Assembly: GCA_963701855.1 (NCBI GenBank)
Contig: CAVPBK010000014.1
Coordinates: 53,719 to 117,718 of the forward strand
Reading direction: 5' to 3'
Source of the DNA: Nitrospirota bacterium
GTDB taxonomy: Bacteria; Nitrospirota; Nitrospiria; Nitrospirales; Nitrospiraceae
DNA: 64,000 nucleotides
A model generated the notes under the pieces. The model was not told where the DNA came from. It did no database searches and worked only from the letters and a program-made list of their open reading frames with translations. Shown here one piece after another: positions 19,059-29,555 of the stretch (position 1 is its first letter; each line of letters opens with the position of its first letter). The position numbers were made by a program, and so were the translations under genes.

Positions 19059-20750
19059 ATGCTCACCGAGCTGCGCATTGTCAATTTCGCGCTCATTGAG
19101 CAGCTCAGTCTTCAATTCCAGTCCGGGTTTACGGTCCTGACCGGAGAGACCGGGGCCGGTAAATCTCTCCTCATTGATGCTATTGCCTTGTTGGTCGGTG
19201 GGCGAGCCTCGACCGACCAGATCCGTTCCGGAGAAGACGAGGCCCAGCTCGAAGCAGCGTTCCACCTCCCGGACACCCATCCCCTCCTTCAACGCCTTCG
19301 GCTACACGAAATCGTTGGTCGGAACGAGTCTGAACTGATTCTTCGGCGGGTGCTCTCTCGATCGGGTCGCCACCGGGTGTATGTCAATGGCAGCCTATGC
19401 CCCCTGCGTGTGCTCGAAGAACTTGGCGGCACCCTCGTTGATATCCATGGCCAGCATGAGCAGCAATCGCTATTAGTGATCGCCAAACAATTGGACGCTC
19501 TTGATGGATTCGGGCGTCTCTACGAGCTACGCGGAAGGTACGAGCAAGCTCACCAGGGATGGAAGGAACTGCGCAAGCAATTGGATGTCTTGGAGAGTGA
19601 CGTCGTTGACCGTGCAAGACGTGAGGATATGTTGCGGTTCCAGGTTCGGGAGATCGAACAAGCCGGTCTGCTGCCTGATGAAGAAGAGCGGCTCCGCAGC
19701 GAGCGGCAGCGACTGGTACATGCGCAGCGGCTCAGGGAATTGGCTCATGAGGCGCATGTCGAGTTACAGGCGGATGAGCAGGCTGTCCTCACCAGGCTGG
19801 GGCGGATCGGGAAAATCCTTGCAGAGTTGGCCCACACCGATCCGGCGATGGGTGATTGCGAACATGTGGCGACGGAGTCGGCGATCCAACTCAAAGAACT
19901 TGCCGGGAGGCTGCGCGACTATGCACAAGAGTTAGAGGCTGATCCTGACCGACAGGCTGTCGTGGAAGACCGGCTTGACTTGATCCAACAGTTGACGAAA
20001 AAATATGGAGGGTCGGTTGATGCGGTATTAACGACTGGCAGACGAGTGCAGGAGGAACTTCAGTTATTGGACAATCATCAGGAGAGAACTGCCGAGTTGG
20101 CCGCGCAGCTGGGCGAAGAAGCCCGCCGTCTTCGCACGCTGGCAGCGCAGCTGTCCAAGAAGCGAATTGATGCGGCCAAACGGATGACGACGCTGGTGGG
20201 AACGGAGCTGGCAGCGTTGAAGATGGAGCAGGCGATCTTTCAGGTCGTGGTCTCGGTCGATGAGTCGGCCGAGGGATTTGGACCAGCTGGGCGTGATCGA
20301 GTGGAATTCCTTCTCTCTAGCAATCGGGGTGAGCCGCCGAGACCGCTGGGCCGGGTGGCGTCCGGTGGGGAACTCTCACGTATTATGTTGGCGCTCAAGA
20401 CAGTGTTGGCCGAGATGGACCAGGTTCCAGTCCTGGTTTTCGACGAAATTGATACAGGGGTCGGTGGGGCAGTCGCTGCAGCCATGGGAACGAGACTGCG
20501 TAAGCTCGGATCATTTCATCAGGTGTTTTGCATCACCCATCTTCCGCAGGTCGCGTCTCAAGCGGAGCACCATCTGCTCGTGGAAAAGGGCTTGGATAGT
20601 CAACGAACATCCACGTCGGTCAGAGTGCTCAAGGGGATGGGGCGAGAAGAAGAGATCGCCAGAATGCTGAGCGGTCCAACCATTACGAAAAAAGTGCGTG
20701 AAACGGCAGCGGAACTCATTGCAGGGGCGAAGGGGAAGCGGTCTGAGTGA
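19059..20750 (+). CDS. recN: DNA repair protein RecN
   Basis: TGETGAGKS, IHGQH, SGGELSR, FDEIDTG, ITHLPQVA. Confidence 0.97.
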   Translation: MLTELRIVNFALIEQLSLQFQSGFTVLTGETGAGKSLLIDAIALLVGGRASTDQIRSGEDEAQLEAAFHLPDTHPLLQRLRLHEIVGRNESELILRRVLSRSGRHRVYVNGSLCPLRVLEELGGTLVDIHGQHEQQSLLVIAKQLDALDGFGRLYELRGRYEQAHQGWKELRKQLDVLESDVVDRARREDMLRFQVREIEQAGLLPDEEERLRSERQRLVHAQRLRELAHEAHVELQADEQAVLTRLGRIGKILAELAHTDPAMGDCEHVATESAIQLKELAGRLRDYAQELEADPDRQAVVEDRLDLIQQLTKKYGGSVDAVLTTGRRVQEELQLLDNHQERTAELAAQLGEEARRLRTLAAQLSKKRIDAAKRMTTLVGTELAALKMEQAIFQVVVSVDESAEGFGPAGRDRVEFLLSSNRGEPPRPLGRVASGGELSRIMLALKTVLAEMDQVPVLVFDEIDTGVGGAVAAAMGTRLRKLGSFHQVFCITHLPQVASQAEHHLLVEKGLDSQRTSTSVRVLKGMGREEEIARMLSGPTITKKVRETAAELIAGAKGKRSE

Positions 20751-20831
20751 TCTGGTTCATCTAGTTTATCTGATTAGTCTGGTTTTACCAAATAAACATG
20801 ACAAACCTATTAAGCAAGACAGGCTGACGGG

Positions 20832-21983
20832 CTAGAAGTCAGATCGGTCGGTCGGCGTAGTCGCGATTGCCATGGCAGGAAGGGATGCCTTGTATTCCTT
20901 GACTACGCGAGAAAACAGGTCGGTCAGCTTCGGTTCGAAGTGAGTGCCGGCATACGCAAGCATCTGTTGGCAGGCGTCATCGATTGAAAGGGGGGTCCGG
21001 CCAGGAAGTTCTGCGGTCAGATGGTCGAATGTTTGGGCCAGGCAAACAATGCGGGCTAGTTGAGGAATGCCTTCTCCCTGAAGTCCAAATGGATAGCCTG
21101 AGCCATCCCACCGTTCATGATGATAGGCAATCATCTGTCCTACCTCAGCCGGAAGTGCCAGCGGTAATACGAGTTTCGCCCCCTGCTCCGGGTGATGTCG
21201 ATTACCGACAGCTTCTCCGGTCCCAATGATTTCATCGTCGGCAAAATGATAGGGCTCAGGCCCAATCTTGCCGATGTCGTGGAGGAACGCTCCCAACGCC
21301 AACGATTTCTGTTCAGCGAGTGTCAGGTTGATGCGATTTGCCAAGAGAGTGGCGTAGAAGCTGACTCGACTGCAATGGTTGAGCAACTGGCGATCTTTAG
21401 CTTCAAGCAGGTCGGAGAACAGAGGGAGAAGGTCCGGCATGGATTCGGAGCTGGACGCATGGTCTAACGTCGGTTTTCCGATCGCCTGGTATCCCGTGAT
21501 CAACTCCTTCCAGGCTTGTGCGCTTTCTGTTTCTGAACCCCAGAGATCGCTCGATGTTTCGATAAAACGCCTGAGGAAGTCGAGCCGTTGTTTCTTTTCG
21601 AGTGTTTGGTTGACGAGGGAAAGCAATTCCGTGACGTTGAAGGGTTTGAGCAGGTATCCGGCGGCGCCATGGCGTATTCCATCCATGGCGGATTTTAAGC
21701 TGCCGTATCCGGTAATGATGATGACTTCAACGTTGGCGTGGTGATGCTTGATGTCCTGAAGGAGATCCATGCCTTGACGATCTGGAAGTTTCTGATCGAG
21801 TGTGATGAGGTCGATCGGTTGGGAGTTCAGTACGTCAATCGCGGCACTGGCTGATTCCGCTGTCTGTATATTGAAAAATGGACGGAGAATCACCTTCAGT
21901 GCGTCACGAGGTCCTGTCTCGTCGTCGATCACGAGCAAGGTTGGCTTATTTTTCGTTGATTCAGGAGTCACAGACAAGCTCAC
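20832..21983 (-). CDS. response regulator with HD-GYP-like domain
   Basis: REC motifs (DDE, LD, ITG, KPF); LHDIGK, HHERWDGSGYP. Confidence 0.9.
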   Translation of the reverse strand: MSLSVTPESTKNKPTLLVIDDETGPRDALKVILRPFFNIQTAESASAAIDVLNSQPIDLITLDQKLPDRQGMDLLQDIKHHHANVEVIIITGYGSLKSAMDGIRHGAAGYLLKPFNVTELLSLVNQTLEKKQRLDFLRRFIETSSDLWGSETESAQAWKELITGYQAIGKPTLDHASSSESMPDLLPLFSDLLEAKDRQLLNHCSRVSFYATLLANRINLTLAEQKSLALGAFLHDIGKIGPEPYHFADDEIIGTGEAVGNRHHPEQGAKLVLPLALPAEVGQMIAYHHERWDGSGYPFGLQGEGIPQLARIVCLAQTFDHLTAELPGRTPLSIDDACQQMLAYAGTHFEPKLTDLFSRVVKEYKASLPAMAIATTPTDRSDF

Positions 21984-22017
21984 AGGTGTCCTCTAGGGCT
22001 AACTATGTATTTTGCAG

Positions 22018-22032
22018 GCAATTCTTGTTCCA
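22018..22032 (-). promoter_or_regulatory. sigma54 (-24/-12) promoter
   Basis: TGGAACAAGAATTGC (GG-N10-GC), ~35 nt upstream of the HD-GYP gene start. Confidence 0.7.
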
Positions 22033-22184
22033 TTTCAGTGAGTTAGCATCCAGGCCTCAATGGAGTGTGGCTTGTGCATGATCTCGACCCATATGTAGTT
22101 TTCTTGAACGGAACACTACGTACACTAAAAAGGAGATCTCATGTCAAATTGTGCAAAAAAGACGCAGTGAGGGGAGTGGTTGTG

Positions 22185-23619
22185 CTATTCCTGCACTACT
22201 GCCGGAGGTTCTTCGGTGCTGACTTCCTGATCGGGTCTGCCGATTCCGAGCGTGTCCATGCGGTATTTGAGCATCCGGCGGCTGATTCCCAACAGTTCGG
22301 CGGCATGGGTTTGGACATAGTTCTTTCGTTTGAGGGCATCCAAGATAATCTCGCGCTCGAATTCCATGACAGCTTTTTCGAGCGATAGGCGGCCAGAGAG
22401 TGTGTCGTCGCGGAGTGAAGAGGATCGGGTGTCGTTCTTGAGAACGTTCGGGAGATGTTCGGGGGTGATAGTGTCCGATCCCTTGGACCAAATGAACGCC
22501 TGTTCAATGATGTTCTCCATCTCTCGCACATTTCCCGGCCAGGGATAGCGGGACAGAAGGTTCGACGGCATCTTTGGAAAACTCTTGGGACGGACGGTTG
22601 TCTTCTTCGATTCGTTTGGCCAGAAAATGTTTGGCGAGGAGGGGGACGTCTTCACCGCGTTCCCGGAGCGGGGGCAAATAGAGCGCAATGACGTTGATGC
22701 GGTAGTAAAGGTCTTCACGGAATTGCCCTTTGCGAACAAGCTCCTCGAGATTCTTGTTTGTTGCCGCCACGATGCGCACATCCACCTTGATGGATTGCAC
22801 GCCACCAACTCTGGTGAATTCTCGTTCTTGCAACACACGCAACAGCTTGGCTTGCGTCATGGCGCTGAGGTCGCCGATCTCGTCGAGGAAGAGGGTGCCG
22901 TTATTGGCGAGCTCAAATTGCCCGACTCGACGAGCTGTGGCATCCGTGAACGAGCCTTTCTCATGGCCGAACAACTCACTCTCGATGAGCGTTTCAGGAA
23001 TGGCTGCGCAGTTCAGCGCGATGAAGGGACGCTCGCGCCTGGCGCTATTATTATAGTGGAGTGCCTTGGCGACCAGTTCCTTTCCCGTACCGCTCTCTCC
23101 GGCGATTAGGACGGTTGTGCGGCTGTCGGCGACTTGCTCGATCTTGGTGTAGATGTCCTGCATCGACTGGCTCTTGCCGATCAGGTTGTGAAAGGCATAG
23201 CGCCGAACGACTTGAGCACGGAGTTGCTTCACTTCCCGTTGGAGTTCCTGGTCCTTGAGCGCGTGCTCGACGATCATGCGGAGTTCTTCCACATCGAAGG
23301 GTTTCGAGAGATAGTCGGCTGCGCCGAACTTCATCGCATCGACGGCGGTTTTGACCGATTTCGTTCCAGTCAGCATGATGACCTGTGCAGTACGGTCTTC
23401 GGCGCGTAGGGTTTGGAGTACCGAAAGCCCGTCGGTACCTGGAAGAATCACGTCTAGGAGAACCAAATGGGGGGCTTCCTTGCGAAATAACTCGAGGCCC
23501 TCCTGAGCGTCTGCGGCTTGGATCGTTTCGTAGGTCGGCTCCAGCACTGCTTTTAATGAGGCCCGAACCCGGACCTCGTCATCGATCAACAACACTCGTT
23601 TTTTCATGCTGGTTTCCAT
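22185..23619 (-). pseudogene. NtrC-family sigma54-dependent response regulator with a frameshift near 22560 (real or sequencing error)
   Basis: REC + AAA (GESGTGKE, GSFTDA, FREDLYYR) in one frame; YPWPGNVRE + Fis-type HTH in another. Confidence 0.85.
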
Positions 23620-23633
23620 TAAGGTGTCGTCGG

Positions 23634-24938
23634 CTAGGCGGGTAACGCGGGCAGGCTCACGAAAAACGTGGTGCCGACACCGACCGAACTCTTTACCCGG
23701 ATCTCGCCGTGATGTTCTTGAATAATTTGATGGACAATCGTCAATCCCAGTCCCGTTCCTTCGTGTTCTCCGCTTTCGTGTTTCGTCGTGAAAAATGGGT
23801 CGAAAATATGTTCGAGATTCGTCTCCTGGATTCCCTCACCGGTATCCTCAATTTCGATGTGAGCCCAGACTTTTCCTCCAGGCCTCTCCAGCTTGCGGGT
23901 CTGAACGCGTAACCGCCCACCGGCTTCTGCCATCGAGTCCATGGCATTGAGGAGGAGATTGAGCAGAACTTGCTTGATTTGCTGCCTGTCCAGCATGACA
24001 CGAGGCAGGTCGGACGCCAACTCTTTTTCAATCTTGATTCCATGGCTGTCGGCCTTAACATCGATGAAATACAAGCACGAGGTGACAATGTCGTTGAAAT
24101 CCTCGTCCGTCAGCTTGGGTTCCATGTATCGGGCGTAATCGAGAATTTCTTGAATCAGCCGTTCGATTCGAAACACATCATCGAGTACCACTTTGCTGAA
24201 TTCTTGAATAAACTGGGGATCGTCTTTCCGTTCAGGAGCCAATTGAATAAAGGTCTTAATCGATGTGAGAGGGTTTCTGATCTCATGGGCAAAGCCGCCG
24301 GCGATCGTCTCCAGGGACTTGAGCCGATCCGTGCGTTTCATAAGCGTGTGCGAGCGATGAAGTTCTTCGTACAGCACAATGGTATCTAGCGCATTCGTGG
24401 CGGTTTGTGCCAGCGCGGCGAGCGTGGATCTGGTCAGGTCAGTTTCTCCGGCCATAGGTATTGCGGCACCGAGAAGTGAAAAGGCAATAAGACGGCCTTT
24501 AATGAGGTGTGGCACGATACGTGTGGTCTGCATGGCTTCCATGGCCGCGCGTGCGCCGGCTAAGGAGTCGGATTCTTGGAGACCTTCTGCCGAGTCGTCC
24601 TGTGTCATGATCCGGTTGGTTGCGAGCAGGTGGTGAGGCAGAGGATGGCTCATGGGCAGCGTCGGAGGAATAAGCATGGGAGCGGTTGGGCCAACCATGC
24701 TGGCGCGGCGATAGAATTCATGTTCGCGATCCAGCAGGAACAGCGTCCCATGGGTAGTGGCACCTGCTCGACAGAGTTCTTGGATAATACGATTTCCGAG
24801 CGTCGTGAGGTCGGTCATCGTTCCCAGGTCTGCCGCAAATCGTGTGACGACGTTCAATAGCTCACTGGAGGAAGGCATCAAGACGTTGGTATTCGGTGAA
24901 TGTGATGTCATAAGAAACAGGGCGCACAAGAGCACCAC
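23634..24938 (-). CDS. cytoplasmic sensor histidine kinase with GAF-like N-terminus
   Basis: FAHEIRNPL H-box, NLLLNA, DTGEG, FDPFFTTK, GTGLGL. Confidence 0.92.
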   Translation of the reverse strand: MVLLCALFLMTSHSPNTNVLMPSSSELLNVVTRFAADLGTMTDLTTLGNRIIQELCRAGATTHGTLFLLDREHEFYRRASMVGPTAPMLIPPTLPMSHPLPHHLLATNRIMTQDDSAEGLQESDSLAGARAAMEAMQTTRIVPHLIKGRLIAFSLLGAAIPMAGETDLTRSTLAALAQTATNALDTIVLYEELHRSHTLMKRTDRLKSLETIAGGFAHEIRNPLTSIKTFIQLAPERKDDPQFIQEFSKVVLDDVFRIERLIQEILDYARYMEPKLTDEDFNDIVTSCLYFIDVKADSHGIKIEKELASDLPRVMLDRQQIKQVLLNLLLNAMDSMAEAGGRLRVQTRKLERPGGKVWAHIEIEDTGEGIQETNLEHIFDPFFTTKHESGEHEGTGLGLTIVHQIIQEHHGEIRVKSSVGVGTTFFVSLPALPA

Positions 24939-25026
24939 GTGGCCTACAAGTGGAACTGTTGACTGAGTATGACTAGCTTATGTGTTCAAAGATGTACAGG
25001 TGAGAGTATACACAGCCAGGGTACGT

Positions 25027-28000
25027 TCAGCTAGCAGATTTACTTTTATCAATGACGGCAAAGAAGGCCTGCCCATCAAGCGCAGGAAGGATGCGGGGTG
25101 TGAGGATACCGGCCTGCTGAAGGAGCGAGGCGAGTGAAGGTTGGTCGAACGTGTGCAGTAATCCATGCCGGATGGCCTCTCTGAGTCTGCCAAAGTAGTG
25201 CAGGGCGGTGTGGGCGGGTGGACTAAATTCATCCTGATTCGTGCTGTGCAGATGCCGGCGATAGAGCACCGAGAGATCGGTGTCGGGGTGGAGGACTGTG
25301 AGAACTAAGCGCCCTTGCGGATGGAGCGTGCGGTATAGCTCCCGAATTGTAACCAGTGGAGAGGGGACGAACGGGAGCGACAGATTGCAGACGATGCGAT
25401 GGAGGGACTGGTCCTTAAATGGAAGGCCCTGCGTCCAATCAACGTGCATCCATTCGGTGGTCAGGGGGGGGTGGACAGTGAGGGTGCCTCCGAAGTCACT
25501 GTCGAGTTCCCGCTGTAAGGCACGAAGACTCTGTCGGGCCTGCGTCAGCGGATCTTGAAAAAGCCCCAGGCCGATCATGTGAACGGGACGCGCTGGGCTC
25601 CATCCACGCTGCCGTGAGCGGTAGGCCTGGTTGACCATTGTGGCCCGGACTAAATCACCGTGGCCGACTCCCACATCCACCAGTACGGAGTTTGGCTCAA
25701 GCGGGCTGAGTAGGCGATAAAGATCGTCCAACAGTTTCCAGTATTCATGGAGGTTCCCGAGTTGGGGAAGCTGCTGCAGGTGCGTGAACCTCAAGGCCGC
25801 ACGTGTGAACTGCGAGAGATTGTGGCGAAGACGGGTACGCTCTAGCTCGATGTGCCGTTGACGGCTGAGCTTGTGACGGGTCTGTGCGTGGAATTCAGCA
25901 GGAATGGTCGGCAGCGAAACGGTTGCAGCGATCTGTTCCAGTATCTGCCGGAAGGCCGGGGAGTGTGGTTCGTTGAGTGGGAGATCCTGGCCAATCAACG
26001 GTGCGGAGATTGTTCCCAGACTGGTATGGGCCCCCAGCGCAGTGAGAAATGCCTGTGGAAGATCAGCCGGAGGCCATGGTCCGAGCGGGCTGCTGGGAAT
26101 AGTGAGAATGGCTGTTGGGGAACGAAGGAGGCGCAGGTCCGCAATGGTAGAAGCCAGATCAGTAAATTGGCCTGCGACGACATCGCCGACAAAGTGATCG
26201 ACATTGACATTGATCCCGAGCAGATTTGCGATGCCGCGTCGGAGTCCGTATTGGTGGTCGGCCACGAGATCATGACCATGAACAATCATGAGCATGGCTT
26301 GAATATCAACGACAGGATTGATCAGGAGCAGCAGGTCGATGGGACGGGATTGCACTGCCGCTTTGAGGGCGACGCGTGCGGTCAGGTCGCTTGCCATGAC
26401 GATCAGGGGAGCGGTTGGCCACGTATATTGCACAAACTCCACAACCTTTAGGAGGTCGGCTTGCATGCTCTGCAAGGTCGTCTGTTCCAGTTCGCCGTCG
26501 CTAAGCCCCAGATGGTCGGTGTGGTCGTACCTCAAGATTCGGAGCCGGTGATGCGCCAGGTAGTACGACAGGGTAATGGTATCCAACGCGGTTTGACCAT
26601 AACCGGGAGCGATGATGACGACCGGCGTGTTCGGTGCGAGCGATTGGCTAAGATGGTCGTCGACGATCATGATCGTCTGGCCGCGTGGATTTCGACACTC
26701 TCGAGGAATACTGACGATTGATGCGTGCTGTGAGGAGGAGTCCAATTTTCCAGGAGACATCAGATGCTGTTGAACGATACGGTTCACTTCGCGTTCAGCA
26801 TAGGGTGTGAGGCCCTGAAAACAGAGGCCGACCTGAAGCGCAGGATCGGAGCCTTGGTCACGAAACTCCCTGGGCGCTGCGAGATTCGAAGCCGTCCAGA
26901 CGATCTGGGCAGAGAGTGCGGAGTCCGGTGCGCCCGGTTCATGGGCTCCAGGGTGTTTCTGGACTTGTGTACCAGTGAAGTGCAATGTGGCAATACCACT
27001 CAGAAGTTCGGGGCGAGCGTTGAGGTGAAGGCAAACGCCGCCGCGACTGAGATTAGTGGTGAGTGCTTTGAAGAGGTGACTGTTTCCGGCAGGATCTGTG
27101 ACGTCAAGCCGGACTGGGAGCTGCAAGGCCACCCGCACAGCTTCACGGGGGCCAAAATCTTTCTGCTCGTGTGATACAGAGGCGGTGATGGCTGCCAGTT
27201 CGATCTGCTGTCTTGCCGCAAGAAGTACTTCAAGAGAGAAGGGTAGGGCCTGCTCCTGCGCAGCTTGGACCAGTGAGGCCAGGACGGCGGATTCTTCCCG
27301 CTTGGGTGAATCAAATGCGATGATGAGATGAGAGACTGGCGTTCCGGAAGAAAGTGAGGTGGGCCGTTCCTGTGCCTTACCGTGCAGTTCGAGGATTCCC
27401 ACGACAGTTTTGAGTACAACATAAGCATCTTGTGACGCAACGGAGGGGAAGTCGTTGGGGAGTGTAATGCAGGTCCCGCCGACGCTGAGGTTGGAAATAG
27501 TGCCACTCCAGGTTGCTGACCCGACTGTGATCGCAGCAGGCAGGGTGGTTGAAATTCGAGGTGAGAGACGCCGTTCCTGCTGCCGACTGCCGGAAACGAT
27601 TGTCGGAGCAGGCGCCGTTGTCGCTCTCTTTGTTTCAGGAGCGAGTCCGGGCTGTGCAGTAGAGACAGTAATCGGCAATGAGAGCATCTCACGTGTGGGG
27701 CGAGAGGCGATCGGAAGACGGAGGATTATACGGAGAGGGCCTTGCATCGGCGCAGACAAGTCCAAGGTGCCATTCAGTTGGCGGACAAGCTGATACGACT
27801 CGAGGAGATCAATGGGCGGGGGTGAAGTAGTCGGAGCTGTTGCCGACCCTACCGTTTCTGATTCGAGCAGCTCGACTTCCACCTCGGTAGGCGGGCTGAG
27901 AGGAAATAGTGAGGGGGTGTCTGTTGAGACGGAAGAAGGCCCAACTGGGTGCGTGCTCACGATGAGTCGATGTGCACGGCCCATTGTCAATAAATAGGTT

Positions 28001-29214
28001 TGCGCGTAGGCCAAGAGAGAACGAACGAGTGCTGTAACCTGCTCGCGATCGCCGACAAGGATGGAGAGGTGAGAGGAGAACTCCCGTATGATGCCGGCGC
28101 CATCCACGATTCCGGAAGTTGTGGACCTGAGTACGGTGTCAAGGATCTTGTTGATCGTATGTCCCGAGGTCTCTTTCTCGCTCTCGTGGAGTGCCTGCGT
28201 CAGCTGTGCGCCGAGTTTCGCTGCTTCTACGGCGTGGCTGGCAAGTGTTTCGGTTTGGTTGTCCAAACGTACCTCGCGAATCGTGGTGAGGAGTTGTTGG
28301 GACTGTGTTAGCAGTGAGGCCAGTGGATCGTGGAGCTGTTGGGACAACAGTGTGACTTGCTGGGCCAGCGCGAGCAACTCATCCGTGCGCCGGAGTTGCT
28401 GGCGAAGTTGAAGGATCGTAGCGCCTTGCTGCTTGGATTGGGACAGGTCTCGGATCAGTCCCACTGTGCCGAGGAATCGGCGAAGAGTATCATAGAGTCC
28501 TCTGGCGGTTACCTCCGCCGTGAGGATCTGCGGCTTGTTGTCTTGCGTGGGCTTCCCTCGCAAGGTCAATTCAATGCGGCTGGTGCCTCGCGCTCCGGAG
28601 CGGCGTTCGTTGAGGCGAAACTGAGCCATCGTCTCCTGGTCGGGAGGAACGAGAGTGGTATAGGGCAATCCGATGATTTCATCGGGAGAGTAGCCCAATA
28701 GTGTGACGATACCTGGGCTGATCGTCACGAAACAACCGCTGGCATCTAGTTCGTAGACAATGTCGCTGACTGATTCGATGAGCCGGCGATGGCGTTCGTG
28801 CCCGTAGTCCAGGGCTACTCTCAGGTGACGTATTTCGATGGCTTCCTTGGCACAGAACAGGAGCTCGGTGAGAAAGGCCGGAGATTTCTTCGAGAGGAAA
28901 AAGTCAACGTCGGCTTGGAGTGCTTGAAGTGCCGAGGCTGAGTCGGAGCGGTCGCTGTAGAGAATAATCCCCGCATAGGGTGCACGACGTTTGAGTTCGT
29001 CGGTCAGGGAGGAGTGGTATCCGGTGAGGCATTGTTCGTCGAGGAGGATGAGGATCCATTCGTGCGACAACGTCCATGCACGGGCTTCTTCGGCTGAATA
29101 GGCGACGTCCACGCGGCAGCCAGTAAAGAATCCTCGCAGACTGACGGTGATGAGTTTAATGGATTCAGCGTGTTCGCTGACAATCAGGATAGTGAACGGC
29201 TCACTCTGCGGCAT
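25027..29214 (-). CDS. 1395-aa multidomain protein: degenerate REC, PAS, pseudo-histidine kinase, two PilZ, LuxD-like alpha/beta hydrolase, class I methyltransferase
   Basis: LLGYSPDEIIG (PAS); RLSPR..NLSVGG and REAVR..NLSRGG (PilZ); APGYG..LRYDHTDHLGLSDG..ASDLTARVA (LuxD-like); VDVGVGHG..LPFKD (MTase). Confidence 0.8.
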   Translation of the reverse strand: MPQSEPFTILIVSEHAESIKLITVSLRGFFTGCRVDVAYSAEEARAWTLSHEWILILLDEQCLTGYHSSLTDELKRRAPYAGIILYSDRSDSASALQALQADVDFFLSKKSPAFLTELLFCAKEAIEIRHLRVALDYGHERHRRLIESVSDIVYELDASGCFVTISPGIVTLLGYSPDEIIGLPYTTLVPPDQETMAQFRLNERRSGARGTSRIELTLRGKPTQDNKPQILTAEVTARGLYDTLRRFLGTVGLIRDLSQSKQQGATILQLRQQLRRTDELLALAQQVTLLSQQLHDPLASLLTQSQQLLTTIREVRLDNQTETLASHAVEAAKLGAQLTQALHESEKETSGHTINKILDTVLRSTTSGIVDGAGIIREFSSHLSILVGDREQVTALVRSLLAYAQTYLLTMGRAHRLIVSTHPVGPSSVSTDTPSLFPLSPPTEVEVELLESETVGSATAPTTSPPPIDLLESYQLVRQLNGTLDLSAPMQGPLRIILRLPIASRPTREMLSLPITVSTAQPGLAPETKRATTAPAPTIVSGSRQQERRLSPRISTTLPAAITVGSATWSGTISNLSVGGTCITLPNDFPSVASQDAYVVLKTVVGILELHGKAQERPTSLSSGTPVSHLIIAFDSPKREESAVLASLVQAAQEQALPFSLEVLLAARQQIELAAITASVSHEQKDFGPREAVRVALQLPVRLDVTDPAGNSHLFKALTTNLSRGGVCLHLNARPELLSGIATLHFTGTQVQKHPGAHEPGAPDSALSAQIVWTASNLAAPREFRDQGSDPALQVGLCFQGLTPYAEREVNRIVQQHLMSPGKLDSSSQHASIVSIPRECRNPRGQTIMIVDDHLSQSLAPNTPVVIIAPGYGQTALDTITLSYYLAHHRLRILRYDHTDHLGLSDGELEQTTLQSMQADLLKVVEFVQYTWPTAPLIVMASDLTARVALKAAVQSRPIDLLLLINPVVDIQAMLMIVHGHDLVADHQYGLRRGIANLLGINVNVDHFVGDVVAGQFTDLASTIADLRLLRSPTAILTIPSSPLGPWPPADLPQAFLTALGAHTSLGTISAPLIGQDLPLNEPHSPAFRQILEQIAATVSLPTIPAEFHAQTRHKLSRQRHIELERTRLRHNLSQFTRAALRFTHLQQLPQLGNLHEYWKLLDDLYRLLSPLEPNSVLVDVGVGHGDLVRATMVNQAYRSRQRGWSPARPVHMIGLGLFQDPLTQARQSLRALQRELDSDFGGTLTVHPPLTTEWMHVDWTQGLPFKDQSLHRIVCNLSLPFVPSPLVTIRELYRTLHPQGRLVLTVLHPDTDLSVLYRRHLHSTNQDEFSPPAHTALHYFGRLREAIRHGLLHTFDQPSLASLLQQAGILTPRILPALDGQAFFAVIDKSKSAS

Positions 29215-29555
29215 CTAGATGTCCCTGTGCTTCCTGGGAATCTGAGCAAGCCCGGTTTCAGAGCGACAAGACAACGTTTGCTCGTCACATGATCTGAGAC
29301 ACACCGGCCCCTCGCTTCTGCTGCAAACGACTCGGGGCACGCATCTGAGGTTGAAGATGTGAATAGCACAAGCCGAGGTGAGAAACCCAGTCTACATGCG
29401 ATGAAATGGGCTTCTTCTTTGGTAGGGGGAGACTTCACGGACTTCGATGACGAACAAAATTGAACAGAATTGGAAGGGGACAGTGCGCGAGTCGGGACGG
29501 AAGGTTGTGGTACCCGCACAGACTGTATGGCGGATACCAGTGATGTATGTGGCTC

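Noticed and set aside
25850..26720. Bioluminescence (lux) locus
   Set aside because: Only a LuxD-like domain with a substituted nucleophile; no luxA/B/C/E in the window
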